Assembly (NCBI GenBank): GCA_963788655.1
Contig: CAWBHS010000088.1
Span: 128,001 to 192,000 of the forward strand
Direction: 5' to 3'
Source of the DNA: an uncultured Verrucomicrobiae bacterium
GTDB taxonomy: Bacteria; Verrucomicrobiota; Verrucomicrobiia; Limisphaerales; JAFGQR01
DNA: 64,000 nucleotides
Part shown: positions 1-11,699 of the stretch, piece after piece
How positions within the stretch are numbered: position 1 is the stretch's first letter
How the letters are laid out: each line of letters opens with the position of its first letter
Notes under the pieces: generated by a model
The model's input: the letters and a program-made list of their open reading frames with translations, nothing else
Databases searched by the model: none
What the model was told of the DNA's origin: nothing
Made by a program: the position numbers and the translations under genes

Positions 1-497
1 CTCAGCAGCCCGATGCCCACGGTTACGTGAATGGCGTGCAAGCCCGTCATGGCCCAATACAGCCAAAAGAAGAGTTGAGCGTGCAGCGGGAGTGCCGGGT
101 TGAATTGAGGTCCTGGCACGAGGTGTTCCACGAAGTCCTGGTGGTATTCGAATCCTTTAACCACGAGAAACCCCAGCGCGAATAGCAACGTCAGCAGGAG
201 CCATCGCCCAGTTGATCGCGTTTGACTCGCTTGCGCCGCTTGAACCGCCAAGGCCATGGTCAGACTGCTCGTCAGCAGAATTGCCGTATTGAGCGTGCCG
301 TAAAACAGATTGGTATGGCGACTGCCAATGGCGAAGCTGTCCGGATAAACGTGCCGATAGAGGATGTACGCCATGAACAGTCCGCCAAAGAATAACACTT
401 CCGTTGTCAGGAAGGTCCACATGCCAAGGTGCGACGCCTCGGATTGTTGCTCGGCGTCTTCAAATTGTTCCGCCAATACAGAGGGTTGCTCAGGCAT
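1..497 (-). CDS. coxC: Cytochrome c oxidase subunit III (3' end runs off window)
   Basis: Manual translation from ATG at 497: [41 protein letters not shown]...[12 protein letters not shown]. Typical COX3 motifs; start overlaps the coxA stop. Confidence 0.93.
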   Translation of the reverse strand, partial: MPEQPSVLAEQFEDAEQQSEASHLGMWTFLTTEVLFFGGLFMAYILYRHVYPDSFAIGSRHTNLFYGTLNTAILLTSSLTMALAVQAAQASQTRSTGRWLLLTLLFALGFLVVKGFEYHQDFVEHLVPGPQFNPALPLHAQLFFWLYWAMTGLHAIHVTVGIGLL

Positions 498-2160
498 GGA
501 CAGTCACCTCCTCCCCCCGGTCCGCCAGTGGCGGGTAGTTGTAGGCTTCTTCTTCGACGATCGGTGTTTCATGGAAATTGTGCTTAGGCGGAGGCGAGGG
601 GGTGGTCCATTCCAGACCCGTGGCTCGCCAGGGATTGGCACCAGCCTTTTTGCCGTGAAACAGCGACCAGACGAGATAGATCACCGGCAACAAATAGGCC
701 ACTCCGAGAATCGAAGCGCCGGCGGTGGACAGCACATGAAAAATCTGGAACTCCGGCGGATACGCATGATAGCGCCGCGGCATTCCGAGATATCCCATCA
801 GGAACTGCGGAAAGAACGTCAGATTGAATCCGACAAACATGATCAGCGCCGACAGTTGGCCGGCGCGTTCGGGATACAAGCGCCCGGTAATCTTCGGCCA
901 CCAGAAATGCAGCCCGCCCATGAAGGCCGTCACCATGCCGCCCACCATGATGTAATGAAAATGCGCCACCACGAAATACGTGTCGGTGACATGCACATCC
1001 ACCGCCAAAGCGGCTAGAAAGAGCCCCGTCAAACCGCCGATGGTGAACAGCCCGATGAAACCCAGTACATACAGCATCGGCGTTTCGAAGGTAATCGAGC
1101 CGCGATACAGAGTCGCGGTCCAGTTGAACACCTTGATGGCCGAAGGAACCGCCACGATAAAACTCAAAATGGAGAAAACCATGCCGGCATAAATGGACTG
1201 GCTGCTGACAAACATGTGATGCCCCCAGACCAGAAAACCAATCACGGCAATCGCCAGACTGGAGAAGGCAATAAAGTGATAGCCGAACACTTTCTTCCGG
1301 GAAAAGCAGGTGATGACCTCGCTGACCACTCCCATGCCCGGCAAAATCATGATATAGACCGCCGGGTGCGAATAGAACCAAAACAGGTGTTGGAACAGCA
1401 CCGGATCACCGCCCAGTTTGGGATCGAAAATCCCAATGCCCCAGATCCGTTCCAGACACATCAAGGCCAGCGTGATTGCCAGGACCGGGGTGGCCAATAC
1501 CAGGATCAAGCTGGTCGCATACATCGACCAGAGAAAGAGCGGCAACCGAAACCAGGTGAGCCCGGGCGCGCGCATCTTTTGAATGGTGATGATGAAATTG
1601 AGCCCGGTTAGAATGGAACCAAAGCCGGCGATAAAAATGCCAGCCGCCATTTCCACCACGTGCGTGTTCGAGTAAGCGCTGCTATACGGCGTGTAGAACG
1701 TCCAACCCGTATCGACCCCGCCAATGATGATGGCATGGAGCGCCACCAGTCCCCCGGTGATAAACAGATACCAACTCAACAGATTCAGTTTCGGAAACGC
1801 GACATCCCGGGCGCCAATCATCATCGGGATCACAAAGTTTCCCAATACCGCCGGAATCGAGGGGATCAGGAAGAACCACACCATCAGCACGCCATGAACG
1901 GTGAAGAGTTTGTTATACGTCTCCGACAACACGAGATCGCCCTGCGGCGTGACCAGCTCCAGGCGCATCAACGCGGCGGCCAGCGCCGCGATCAGAAAGA
2001 AGAACAGGATCGAGAACAGATACAGGATGCCAATCCGCTTGTGGTCGGTCGTCAACAGCCAGGAAGCCACCGTGTGGCCGGCGCTCAGGTAGTTCTCCTC
2101 CGCTTCCGCCGGGGGAGCGGCGGCGGGCAGGGCCGCAGTGCGTTTCGAGTTCGAGTTCAT
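490..2160 (-). CDS. coxA: Cytochrome c oxidase subunit I, heme-copper oxidase type A2
   Basis: [25 protein letters not shown] (YS motif of type A2), VWGHHMF and VVAHFHY ligand motifs; 556 aa. Confidence 0.97.
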   Translation of the reverse strand: MNSNSKRTAALPAAAPPAEAEENYLSAGHTVASWLLTTDHKRIGILYLFSILFFFLIAALAAALMRLELVTPQGDLVLSETYNKLFTVHGVLMVWFFLIPSIPAVLGNFVIPMMIGARDVAFPKLNLLSWYLFITGGLVALHAIIIGGVDTGWTFYTPYSSAYSNTHVVEMAAGIFIAGFGSILTGLNFIITIQKMRAPGLTWFRLPLFLWSMYATSLILVLATPVLAITLALMCLERIWGIGIFDPKLGGDPVLFQHLFWFYSHPAVYIMILPGMGVVSEVITCFSRKKVFGYHFIAFSSLAIAVIGFLVWGHHMFVSSQSIYAGMVFSILSFIVAVPSAIKVFNWTATLYRGSITFETPMLYVLGFIGLFTIGGLTGLFLAALAVDVHVTDTYFVVAHFHYIMVGGMVTAFMGGLHFWWPKITGRLYPERAGQLSALIMFVGFNLTFFPQFLMGYLGMPRRYHAYPPEFQIFHVLSTAGASILGVAYLLPVIYLVWSLFHGKKAGANPWRATGLEWTTPSPPPKHNFHETPIVEEEAYNYPPLADRGEEVTVHA

Positions 2161-2170
2161 TTAAGACGTT

Positions 2171-3115
2171 TCATTGCGGCGCCTCCGGCTGTTTGTCCCC
2201 GATGCTTTTGAGATAGGCAATCAGTTGGAACAGTTCCTCCTCACTGATATGCCCCTGAAAAGTGGGCATCAACGGTTCGTACCCACCGGCCACTTCGGAA
2301 GCCGGCAGCAGAATCGAATCGCGAATATAACGGTCATCCGCGCGAACCACGCGGCCGTCGGTCAGCGGCACCAGTTTGCCGTATAGGCCTTCCAACCGCG
2401 GCGCGCGCACGGTGCCTTTGCCCACATGACAACCGCTGCAACCCAGTTCCCGGAACAGTCGTTCCCCCGATTGCGCGAGCGTGTCGCCCACACTGCCCTG
2501 GTGCAGCCATTCCTGGTATTGAGCCGGTGGCAGGACATACACCGTACCAATCATTTTGGAGTGGTCCGTTCCGCAGAATTCGGCGCAATACAAATGGTAA
2601 ACTCCCACTTTCGTCGCTTGGAACCACTCGGTAACAAAGCGTCCGGGCACCACGTCCTGCTTGATCCGGAATGCCGGGATATAGAAACTGTGGATCACAT
2701 CTTCGGACCCCAGCGTCAATTTCACCGTTCGGCCTACCGGAATGTGCAGTTCATTAATCTCCCGGTTTCCCTCTTGGTGTTGCACCTTCCACATCCATTG
2801 TTTGCCGACCACATTGATCTCCAGCGTATCAGCGGGGGGCACTTCCATGTCAAAATACACCCGTGCTCCCCAGGCAAACATGCCCATCGCTAGCAAAAAG
2901 GGAATAACCGTCCAGATGATTTCCACCTTCGTGGTCGAAACGCGCAAGGGCGCCCGATTGGCGCGATGCCCCCGCCGATACTTGAATAGAAAATAGATCA
3001 TCGGCAGAAAGACAATCGCCAAAATGAACCCGCTCATGGCGATCAGAAAAAAATAGAGGTGATCCACCTGCACGGCCGTGGTGGACGCCTGGTCGGGGAA
3101 GAAAGGGAATTTCAC
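2171..3115 (-). CDS. coxB: Cytochrome c oxidase subunit II with C-terminal cytochrome c domain (caa3 type)
   Basis: Two TM helices, GKQWMW, DVIHSF, CuA motif CAEFCGTDHSKM, C-terminal CSGCH heme c motif with MPTF. Confidence 0.96.
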   Translation of the reverse strand: MKFPFFPDQASTTAVQVDHLYFFLIAMSGFILAIVFLPMIYFLFKYRRGHRANRAPLRVSTTKVEIIWTVIPFLLAMGMFAWGARVYFDMEVPPADTLEINVVGKQWMWKVQHQEGNREINELHIPVGRTVKLTLGSEDVIHSFYIPAFRIKQDVVPGRFVTEWFQATKVGVYHLYCAEFCGTDHSKMIGTVYVLPPAQYQEWLHQGSVGDTLAQSGERLFRELGCSGCHVGKGTVRAPRLEGLYGKLVPLTDGRVVRADDRYIRDSILLPASEVAGGYEPLMPTFQGHISEEELFQLIAYLKSIGDKQPEAPQ

Positions 3116-4074
3116 CGGATCCGACTCCTTTCAGTTGCTGCGTGGCGCATCGAGTCTCCGGGGCATTCCGGTAAGTTGGGTAAGTCGCGGGAACGGTTGC
3201 GTTCTCTCCGCCGGCGCCGAGCCAGTGTGATCATCACTCCCGCGAGCCCCAGGAGCGTCGCTACCCCACTGATCCGCACAATCGTCATGACGAGGTTTCC
3301 ATACTTGCCGGTGAGCGGACTGTAATGAAAGCACAGCAGAATGAATTGCTCGACTGGTGAGCCGACCTTCTGGTGGGTGGCATCCTGCAATGCCGCATCC
3401 AATTCCTTGGGCGAAAAACTCACGCCAAACAAATAGCGCGCCACTTTGCCGTCCGGTGTCAGGATGATCAGCCCACTGGGATGGGCATACTGTTGAATGC
3501 TGGGATCGTAAGCGTAGCCAAAACCCACCTCCTGCGCGAGCTGGTGGATTGCGGATTCATTCCCCGTGAGAAAATGCCATCCCGCCGCGGCGCCGTGGCG
3601 ACCGTAACGCTTGAGATAAGTCTGCTTTTTGGCGGCCGCCAGCTTCGGGGTCTCCTTCGGATTAATGCTCACATTGACCACGGAAAACTGCTTGCCCATG
3701 TCCAGCTTCAAGTCCTGCAACGCTTCCACCATCCCGTTCAGCACGAGCGTGCAGAGCATCGGGCACTCGTAATAACCCAGCACGAGAATCACGGGTCGCT
3801 GCCCAAAATAGTCACCGAGCTTGACTACGGTTCCGTCTTCGTCACGAAACGGCAGGTCCAGTGAGACTTGGCCGTTCAGTTTCTGGATGAATTTGATCTC
3901 GCTCAGCTTTTCGTCGGAGAGGGAGCTGGGAGCGCCCTGCGCAGCGAAGGCGGTGGCATCATTCAAAAGAAGCAGTGCCAGCGCAGGGATCAGCAAACTC
4001 AAGGCTGGCCGAGAGGCGCATTTGGTAAAGCGTTTAGGTCCGCATGCATTGATTTTCTTGTTTAGGCTGTTCAT
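3112..4074 (-). CDS. SCO1/SenC family copper chaperone
   Basis: YYECPMLCTLV (CxxxC), WHFLTG, YAHPSG, C-terminal TM. The likely start ATG 4074 overlaps the upstream stop; the ORF track extends further in spurious sequence. Confidence 0.9.
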   Translation of the reverse strand: MNSLNKKINACGPKRFTKCASRPALSLLIPALALLLLNDATAFAAQGAPSSLSDEKLSEIKFIQKLNGQVSLDLPFRDEDGTVVKLGDYFGQRPVILVLGYYECPMLCTLVLNGMVEALQDLKLDMGKQFSVVNVSINPKETPKLAAAKKQTYLKRYGRHGAAAGWHFLTGNESAIHQLAQEVGFGYAYDPSIQQYAHPSGLIILTPDGKVARYLFGVSFSPKELDAALQDATHQKVGSPVEQFILLCFHYSPLTGKYGNLVMTIVRISGVATLLGLAGVMITLARRRRRERNRSRDLPNLPECPGDSMRHAATERSRIR

Positions 4075-4553
4075 CGGTTTCGTGACCTTTCTCGAATGAG
4101 TTCCAGACTCGACTTGCCCGTGCGCGGAGGAGCGTTGGTCGCTCGGACCGGCAGTCCCTGCTGGAGAATCAAGTCGATGGCACGCGCAATGGGAAGGCGC
4201 ACAATCCCGGATTGACGATCGATCCAGCCGTAGGTGTTCAGCTCCGTCGCTTCCTGCGCCTGGAGCGCAACGAGATCGTCGTGCGGGTTGACCTGCAGGT
4301 TCGGCCCGGGGAAACGCTGGAAGAGCCCGAGCGAGGGCGCCGTGATAGTGCCTCGCGCCCGGACGGTCTGGTCGAGCGGACGGTTTTGGGCCCAGTTGCC
4401 GATGATCGCCCAGACGAGACCCATGCACACGACCATCATGAGGATCACCAGTCCCCCCACAAACCAGATCCGGCCGATGGACGGATTCTGCGCCTCGTGT
4501 TTTCGCCGGAGCGATTCAGGCATTCCGCTGGGCACTTCAGGTTGGGTTTGCAT
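4071..4553 (-). CDS. actG: Small single-TM protein, ActG-like subunit of alternative complex III
   Basis: Lies between actF and SCO; one TM helix, FPGPNLQ and LNTYGWIDRQSGIVRLPIARAIDL motifs typical of this position in act operons. Confidence 0.7.
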   Translation of the reverse strand: MQTQPEVPSGMPESLRRKHEAQNPSIGRIWFVGGLVILMMVVCMGLVWAIIGNWAQNRPLDQTVRARGTITAPSLGLFQRFPGPNLQVNPHDDLVALQAQEATELNTYGWIDRQSGIVRLPIARAIDLILQQGLPVRATNAPPRTGKSSLELIRERSRNR

Positions 4554-5722
4554 GGGCCAAAGCGGGTTGAGGATGTTCAATGCGAGGATCGTTCTGCACG
4601 AGCAGTGCCGGCCGTTTCAGATGGGAGGCGAACAGCGCGAACCAGAGTCCGCCCAATCCCAGCACCGCGGCGAAATCCAGCCAGTGGACGTGCAATCCCG
4701 TGCGGAAAAAAGCTCGGCTGAATGATCCAGAATCCTTCCACGACGTGCATGCCAAAGATCAGCGCCGCCAGGACCACGAGCCGGGCAATGTTCTGCTTCA
4801 TCGCGCGGAAGAGCAGCAGAAAGAACGGGATGAAGAAATGGAACAGGGCCAGCAGGCCAATGACCCATTTCCATCCGCCGGCAATGCGGTGCAGATACCA
4901 ATCAATTTCGTGCGGGAGGTTGCCCGAATAGATCACGAGCAATTGGGAGAACCTCACGTAGGTCCAGAAAATAACGAACGCCAGCAGCAAGTTGCCGAGG
5001 TTGTGAAAATGCGTCCGCGTCACCACTTCCCGAAAGGGAGAATGGACTCGAAACCAGGCGAGCACGAGCGTCACCAACGCAAACGCGGACAGAACCTGCC
5101 CGATCAGCACGATTACCAGAAAGATGGTCGAATACCATTGGGGCTCGGCGGACATGACCCAATCCACCCAGGCGAACGTCGCGGTCAGCGGATAAATGAC
5201 CATGCCCGGGCCACTCAACGTGCGCATACGAATGGTCGGGGCTAGGTCGGAAGTGGCGTCCTGTTGCCGCGACCATTTACGCAACCAGAACGCCAGCACC
5301 ATCCACACCAGGAAGTAGCAGACAGCGCGGGCCATAAACCAGGGCGCGTTCAGATATCCCTGTTTTTTCTGCAAGGTCTCACTCGCTGCGACCAGCGTGG
5401 GCTGCGCCCACGGGTAGAGTTCACGGAGACCGAAACACAAGGGAACAAACAAGACCGCCATCACCGGCAAGGTCATGAAGCCCGCCTCCAGGAATCGCCG
5501 CGTTACGAATCCCCAGCGGCCGCCAGTGAGGTGGTGAATCATCGCCACCCCCAGACAACCGAGCGACAAGCCCAGCCAGAAGGTGTAACCAAACAGATAG
5601 GAAATGAAGAACTGCCGGGGATTCAGCGCCAGGCCCAGGCCACAGCAGGCCAGCCCGAGACATCCGGTAAAGAAGCCGGCACGTTGAAGTCGATTCACCT
5701 GGGCATGGATTTGCGAGTTCAT
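4537..5722 (-). CDS. actF: Alternative complex III membrane subunit ActF (frameshift near 4700)
   Basis: Polytopic; HHLTGGRWG, DWVMSAEPQWYSTIF, HNLGNLLLAF, YSGNLPHE. The true C-terminus HWLDFAAVLGLGGLW lies in the 4537..4755 frame. Confidence 0.9.
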
Positions 5723-6446
5723 GGCGGTCCGTTCTCCAGTTTCGCGCGTTCGTCAGCGGGCACATCATCGAGGGTCGCATGCCGGCTCAATTGCAGCGCG
5801 CGGATATAGGCGGCGATGGCCCATCGATCGCTGGGTTCCACCCGTGAGGCATAGGAATACATCACGCCGTAGCCACGGGTCATCACGTCAAACAAATGGC
5901 CGACTGGCGCCTTGCGCAATCGATCGATGTGATACGACGGCGGCGGAGGAAATCCCCGCTGCACAATCATGCCATTGCCTTCGCCCGTGCGGCCGTGACA
6001 CACCGAACAGTAAATGTTGAAACGTTCCTGCCCACGCTCCAGCACCGCGCGCGTGATCGGGATGGGAAATTCCGTGATCAAATTCGTGCCGATCATTCCC
6101 GTGTATAGAGCTTCGTCGTTCCGCAACTGACCCCGGGCGCCACCGTGTGCGGCGGCAGCGGTTGCGATACGGCGCCATCCTCGAAGAAATCAATCGTGCC
6201 CCGAGCGGCTTGGATTTCGGCTGATCGAACATGTCCGGCCGGCAGCCGGTGACGCAGATAATGGCGCCGAGCCAAACAAGAGCCAGCGCGTGATGGAGAT
6301 TCGAAATCCAACTGCCGAAATCCGAAAGCATCCGAAAAGTCGAATCCCAAATCTGCCAGCCACGGCAGCGTTCGTGGCCAAGCGGCATTCGAGTTTCGAC
6401 CCTCGGATTCTACGGCGAACTTCGGATCTCGGACTTCGGCTTTCAC
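5719..6446 (-). CDS. actE: Alternative complex III monoheme cytochrome c lipoprotein ActE (frameshifted)
   Basis: Lipobox VTGC then RPDMFDQPK, DFFEDG, GQERFNIYCSVCHG, DRWAIAAYIRALQ, split over three frames. Start uncertain: GTG 6446 overlapping the actD stop, or ATG 6331. Confidence 0.85.
6296..6444. repeat. Low-complexity TCCGAAA-type heptamer tract and its inverse between actD and the actE signal peptide
   Basis: tcgaaatcc/ccgaaatccgaaagcatccgaaaagtcgaatccc on the left mirrored by ttcgagtttcg/ttcggatctcggacttcggctttc on the right. Confidence 0.6.
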
Positions 6447-6988
6447 GACTCCGCCACCTCCTTCACCCAATTCCGGATGCAAGGTCTCAAGAAACTCCCG
6501 CGTGGCTACTTCACTGAATTTCGGATCACGTGCTTCAATGCAGAGAGAAGAAACGGTCCGTCGAGGCGCGCTCAAAACCAGGCACATTGAACACGGGATG
6601 ATGCGGTTGCGGCAGGCGGTTCAGCGCCAGCATGCCAATGATGGCCGCCAGCGCGGCCGCCAGAATGGTCAGTTCAAAAGTGATCGGGATGAAAGCGGGC
6701 CAGCTATTGAACGGCCGGCCGGCAATGTTGATCGGATAATCGACGGCCATCGAGTACCACTCCATGAAATACCCGCCCAGCCCGCCGCAAATGCCGCCGA
6801 TCAGCACGATGAACGGGACCGCGGTCCACTTGTGACCCAGCGCTTCCGGCCAGTCCTTCAACCGGGAACGGAGAGTAGGCGTCCATGCAGCGATAGCCTT
6901 GTTCGTAGGCCCGCTTCGCTGCCTGGACCACTTGCGTATGGTCCGCAAACTCCGCCATCAAGCCATACAATTTCGGTTGCCGGGTCAT
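6443..6988 (-). CDS. actD: Alternative complex III subunit ActD (DUF3341; frameshifted)
   Basis: LYGLMAEF, MDAYSPFPVEGL, YPINIAGRPFNSWPAFIPITFELTIL, PHHPVF, DRFFLCIEARDPKF pieced from successive frames. Confidence 0.9.
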
Positions 6989-8383
6989 GTCTCCTCCTCC
7001 TTCTTTTCGGCGACCAATTCACGGACTTCGGTAATGGAAATCATGGGCAGGAACCGAATGAACAGGAACAGTAGCGTGAGGAACAAACCGACGCTGCCAA
7101 ACAACGTCGCCCAGTCCCAAACGTCGGATAGAACATGCCCCAGCTCGAGGGCACGAAATCGCGGTGCAGGCTGGTGATCACGATGACGAACCGCTCCACC
7201 CACATGCCCACGTTAACGGACAGCGCCACGAAGAATAGCGACACCAGATTGGTGCGCACCCGCTTCGACCACAGCAGCTTGCGGGATGAGCACGTTGAAC
7301 AGCATCAGCGCCCAGAAGACCCAGCCGTACGGACCCAACGCGCGATTGGCCATCATGTATTGCTCGAAGATATCGCCGCTGTACCACGCCATGAACGCCT
7401 CCATGATGTAGCCGTAGGTGACCATCATGCCGGTAGCGAGCATCACGTTCGCCACGTTGTTCATGTGGCGCATCGTGATGACGCTTTCGAGGTGATAGAA
7501 TTTGCGGACCGGGATGACGATGTTCAGCACCATGGCGAAGCCGGAATAGATCGCCCCGGCGACAAAGTAAGGCGGGAAAATGGTGGAATGCCATCCGGGC
7601 AGCATGGCCACGGAAAAGTCGAAACTCACCACGCTATGCACCGACAACACCAGCGGCGTCGCCAGGCCGGCGAGGAGCAGATAGGCCATTTGATGGCGTT
7701 GCCAGTGCCGGGCGGAACCGCGCCACCCCAGGGCCAGCACGCCGTAGATGAGCTGCTTGCCGCGGGTCGGCGGCCCGGTCGCGCAGCGTGGCCACGTCCG
7801 GAATCAAGCCCGCATACCAGAAGATCAGCGACACGGTGAAGTAGGTGCTGACCGCGAACACATCCCACACGAGCGGACTGCGGAATTGCGGCCACAGTCC
7901 CATCGTGTCGGGATAGGGCAGAATCCAGAAGAACACCCAGGGCCGGCCCAGATGCAGCAACGGAAACATGCCGGCGCACGCCACCGCAAACAGCGTCATT
8001 GCTTCGGTGAATCGATTGATGGACGTGCGCCACTTCTGGTGCAGCAACAGGAGAATAGCCGAGATGAACGTGCCGGCATGGCCAATGCCGATCCACCAGA
8101 CGAAATTGACAATGGCAAAACCCCAGGCCACCGGAATATTGATCCCCCAGATCCCGACGCCTTTGTAGAACAGCCAGGAGATGGCCGCGAAGAAGAGCAT
8201 CAGGAGAATAAAGGCGATGCCAAACCCGACCAGCCAGCTCCGCGGATGTTTCCGGGTGAGCACAATCGAACCGATGGTGTCCGTAACCGACTCATAGGTT
8301 TCTCCTGGGCGGACCAACTCCGCGGGATAACCCAGGGGTGAAGTGGAATCAGCGGATTGGGGATTGAGATTCTTTGGCGTCAT
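6985..8383 (-). CDS. actC: Alternative complex III quinol-oxidising subunit ActC (NrfD/PsrC family; frameshifted)
   Basis: [72 protein letters not shown] across frames. Alternative start 8419. Confidence 0.93.
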
Positions 8384-8476
8384 TTCCTTCGCTGAATGGT
8401 TAGGGGGAATACCAAACAATCCATGGGGAGCACCCCAATTCCTCGGTCGATAAGCTGGTCAAGAATGTATGCCAAT

Positions 8477-8566
8477 CGTAGCCGCCGAGGTAACGAGGCT
8501 CCGACATTCCGAAATCCACCAACCGGGAAGCGGTGAGATTTGAGCCTTGTTACCTCGGCGGCTACG
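8477..8566. repeat. REP-like inverted doublet, GTAGCCGCCGAGGTAACGAGGCTC family
   Basis: 25-bp arms 8477-8501 and 8542-8566 are reverse complements with one mismatch; GTAG next to the outer ends; between actB and actC. Confidence 0.85.
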
Positions 8567-8630
8567 GACTCATTGAGACTGGTGACCCGCGATCCCAACC
8601 ACGGACCGGACATTTGTGCAGTCGGCTTCG

Positions 8631-11600
8631 TCATGCTGAACCTCCCGCGGATTTTTCCCCTGCGGCCAATGCGGGATTAGGATTGCGCAGCTTGGCCAGA
8701 TAGGTGGTTCGCGGCCGGGTATTCAATTGGCCCAGCATGCTGTAATCCAGCGGCAGCCGTTTCAGTTTGGACACCTGGCTGTCCGGATTGTGAATGTCAC
8801 CAAACACAATGGCTTGGGCAGGACAGGCCTGCTGGCAGGCGGTCCGGATTTCGCCGTCGCGAATGGGACGGTCCTGTTCCTTGGCGGTGATGCGCGCCGC
8901 ACTGATGCGCTGGATGCAGTAGGTGCATTTCTCCATCACCCCGCGCCAACGAACCGTCACATCCGGATTGCGCATGGGTTTGAGACTGGGCGTGTGATAA
9001 TCCGCGTATTGCAGAAAATTGAACCGGCGGACTTTGTAGGGGCAGTTGTTCGAACAATAACGCGTGCCGATGCAGCGGTTATAGACCTGCAGATTCAAGC
9101 CTTCCTTGTCGTGCAAGGTGGCTCCGACGGGGCAAACCAGTTCGCAGGGAGCGTTCTCACATTGCATGCACGGCACCGGTTGATGGCTCATTTGCGGATG
9201 ATCGAGGTCGCCACTGAAATAGGTATCCAGGCGAATCCATTGCATCTCCCGGCGCACAGCGACTTGTTGCTTCCCAACGATGGGGATGTTGTTCTCCGAC
9301 TGGCAGGCCAGCACGCAGGCATTGCAGCCAATGCACGCGGTCAGGTCGATGGACATGCCCCAGTGATACCCGTCATAACGATGCTCCTCCGGGTTGAACA
9401 AAGTCTCCGTTTTGGGGTCCGGAAGTTCCGTGCTCTGCTGGATTAACTCGGGATGCTCCAGAAACGTGGCCAGGGTTGCCTCGCGGTAAATCTGGCGTTC
9501 CTCCGAGTCAATGGCATGGTGGGTTTGTGTCGTGACGAGCGGATAGTGTTTACCGGTTCGGGTCAGTTGAACTGCCGGATTCGACCAGAGCGTATCCGAC
9601 GTGCGCAAAACAAACGCATTGAATCCGGTCGCGCGGCCCGTATGCCCGACCTGGCTGCGCCCATAGCCGAGATAGACCGCGACGGTGCCCTCCGCCTGGC
9701 CGGGAGTGATCCATACCGGCAAACGCAGGGTGCGCTGACCGGTTGCCAACTCGACGATATCACCGTTCGCCAGCGAATGTTGCTGGGCGGTGGCGGGGCT
9801 GATCAAGGCGGCGTTATCCCACGTCAGTTTGGTCACGGGTTTGGCGAGCTCCTGGAGCCAGCCATTGTTCGCGAACCGGCCATCCCAGATCGTTGGGTCG
9901 GGACGGAATACCAATTCGAGTGCCGACGTGCCATCGGCGCTCGTGGATTGGCCGCGCTCACTTTGGCTCAACGCATTCGTAATTGCATTGCGGTCCAGTT
10001 GTGGCGTCTTTTTCGGCAGAGTCGTTCCCGCGATCAACCCGTCGTGCAGCGCCCGGCGCCAGCCTTTCTCAAAGTCCGGCCAGGGGTGGTGCGCGCGCCA
10101 ATACTCGCGCACGATATCGTAATCGCCTCGCACCGGTTGGCGCACGAACGCATCCAACACTTCATGCGCCGATTTGCCGGCATAAAGTGGCAGGATGAGC
10201 GGTTGAACGAGGGAAACCGTTCCATCGTAAGCGCGCGCATCGCCCCAGGATTCCAGGTAGTGATTTTGCGGAATGTGCCATTGGCAGAGGACCGACGTTT
10301 CATTAACGTCGGGGCTGAGATGAACGCGTAATTGAGCCTTCGACAGGTGCCGGTGAAATTCTAAATCCGCCGGCGCCGTGAAGACCGGATTCCCTCCCAG
10401 CATGACCAGCAGATTTACGGTGCCGCTCTTGAGGTCCGCCACCAGTTCACGTAACGAGTCGAGTTGGCTCGCCGGTCGAGGTTCAGCCGATGCCGAGTAG
10501 TGGATGGTCTTGCCGACGTTGCCGAGGATATGATTGATCGCATGCACCGCGGCGTGAACAACGGAGGGCTGATTCTCACCGGCAAGCACGATACCGTTGC
10601 CGCGATGTTGCTGCAGGTCGGCCACGAGCGCTGAAAGCCACGTCCCGTGAACCGAAAGTCCGGGATCAATCGTGGCTCCCGGCAAAGCCCCTAACTGCCG
10701 CCCGACCTCCAAGGCCAGAGCAGCAATCTCGCGGGATCCTAATGCGAGCCGATGATCGGCATTGGAGCCTGTCACGGAGGGGGTGCTCTCCACCACATAG
10801 AGGCGATTCATGTCCAATCGACCGCTGCTGACCCGGCGGCGATCGATAAAGTCGCGGGTGTAACGCAAGCCAGCGGGATGGGAAAACATGAAGTCTGAAT
10901 CCAGGGCCAGCACCACCCGAGCTCGATCGAAATGATAGTGCGCTGCAACCGGCTCCCCGAACGCCAAGCGAGTTCCTTCGTGAACATTGTCGCGATTAAT
11001 CGGTTCATACTGATGCCAGCGCGCTTCGGGAAATTGCGTCATGATTTCCTGAATCTGGGCGTGCAGGGTCGGAGAGATCACCGTTTCAGTCAGGATCCTC
11101 AAACCGGCCCCCCGGGTATTGCGTTGACTTTGCAATGCATCGTGCAGGGCGGACAGGAACGCGGCCCAACTGCTGATTTCGCCGCCGTTGAGAACGGCTT
11201 GCGAGCGGTCGGGATCATACAGGTCAAGCAACGAGGCTTGCTGGAAAACATTGGAGGCACCCAGGCTCATCGGGTGCTCGGGATTCCCTTCAATCTTGGT
11301 GGGATGTCCTTCGTGGCTTTCGACGAGCAATCCCGAGGCGAAGCCGCCCAGGGTCACGGCGGTGGCAAAAAACAACGGTTTGCCGGGGATGATGGCTTCG
11401 GGTTGTTTAATGTAGGGGACAATCTTTTCCGTCGGCTGCTTGGTGCAAGCGGTCATGCCCGCCAGCGCCAGGCTGGCGCCCATCAGTTTCAAAAAGTTGC
11501 GCCGGCTTACGCCATTCAGCCATTCGGAGGCGCGCTCCGGGAATTCGCGATGCACAAACTCAACAAACTCCCGGGTGTGCGCGATCTCCTCCAGGCTGCG

Positions 11601-11699
11601 CCAATAGCGCGGTCCCCGCTCAGAGTTCAGTCGCCCACGAAGGACCGACAAATCGAGCTCGGCTCTCGCTAATTCAGTGATTGGGTTCCGTGCTTTCAT
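8631..11699 (-). CDS. actB: Alternative complex III subunit ActB (Tat-exported molybdopterin-oxidoreductase-like domain fused to Fe-S domain)
   Basis: YWRSLEE, twin-arginine SRRNFLKLMG, lipobox-like LAGMTAC, C-terminal CIGCNAC, CMQCENAPC, CIGTRYCSNNCPY, EKCTYC clusters. Confidence 0.95.
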   Translation of the reverse strand: MKARNPITELARAELDLSVLRGRLNSERGPRYWRSLEEIAHTREFVEFVHREFPERASEWLNGVSRRNFLKLMGASLALAGMTACTKQPTEKIVPYIKQPEAIIPGKPLFFATAVTLGGFASGLLVESHEGHPTKIEGNPEHPMSLGASNVFQQASLLDLYDPDRSQAVLNGGEISSWAAFLSALHDALQSQRNTRGAGLRILTETVISPTLHAQIQEIMTQFPEARWHQYEPINRDNVHEGTRLAFGEPVAAHYHFDRARVVLALDSDFMFSHPAGLRYTRDFIDRRRVSSGRLDMNRLYVVESTPSVTGSNADHRLALGSREIAALALEVGRQLGALPGATIDPGLSVHGTWLSALVADLQQHRGNGIVLAGENQPSVVHAAVHAINHILGNVGKTIHYSASAEPRPASQLDSLRELVADLKSGTVNLLVMLGGNPVFTAPADLEFHRHLSKAQLRVHLSPDVNETSVLCQWHIPQNHYLESWGDARAYDGTVSLVQPLILPLYAGKSAHEVLDAFVRQPVRGDYDIVREYWRAHHPWPDFEKGWRRALHDGLIAGTTLPKKTPQLDRNAITNALSQSERGQSTSADGTSALELVFRPDPTIWDGRFANNGWLQELAKPVTKLTWDNAALISPATAQQHSLANGDIVELATGQRTLRLPVWITPGQAEGTVAVYLGYGRSQVGHTGRATGFNAFVLRTSDTLWSNPAVQLTRTGKHYPLVTTQTHHAIDSEERQIYREATLATFLEHPELIQQSTELPDPKTETLFNPEEHRYDGYHWGMSIDLTACIGCNACVLACQSENNIPIVGKQQVAVRREMQWIRLDTYFSGDLDHPQMSHQPVPCMQCENAPCELVCPVGATLHDKEGLNLQVYNRCIGTRYCSNNCPYKVRRFNFLQYADYHTPSLKPMRNPDVTVRWRGVMEKCTYCIQRISAARITAKEQDRPIRDGEIRTACQQACPAQAIVFGDIHNPDSQVSKLKRLPLDYSMLGQLNTRPRTTYLAKLRNPNPALAAGEKSAGGSA

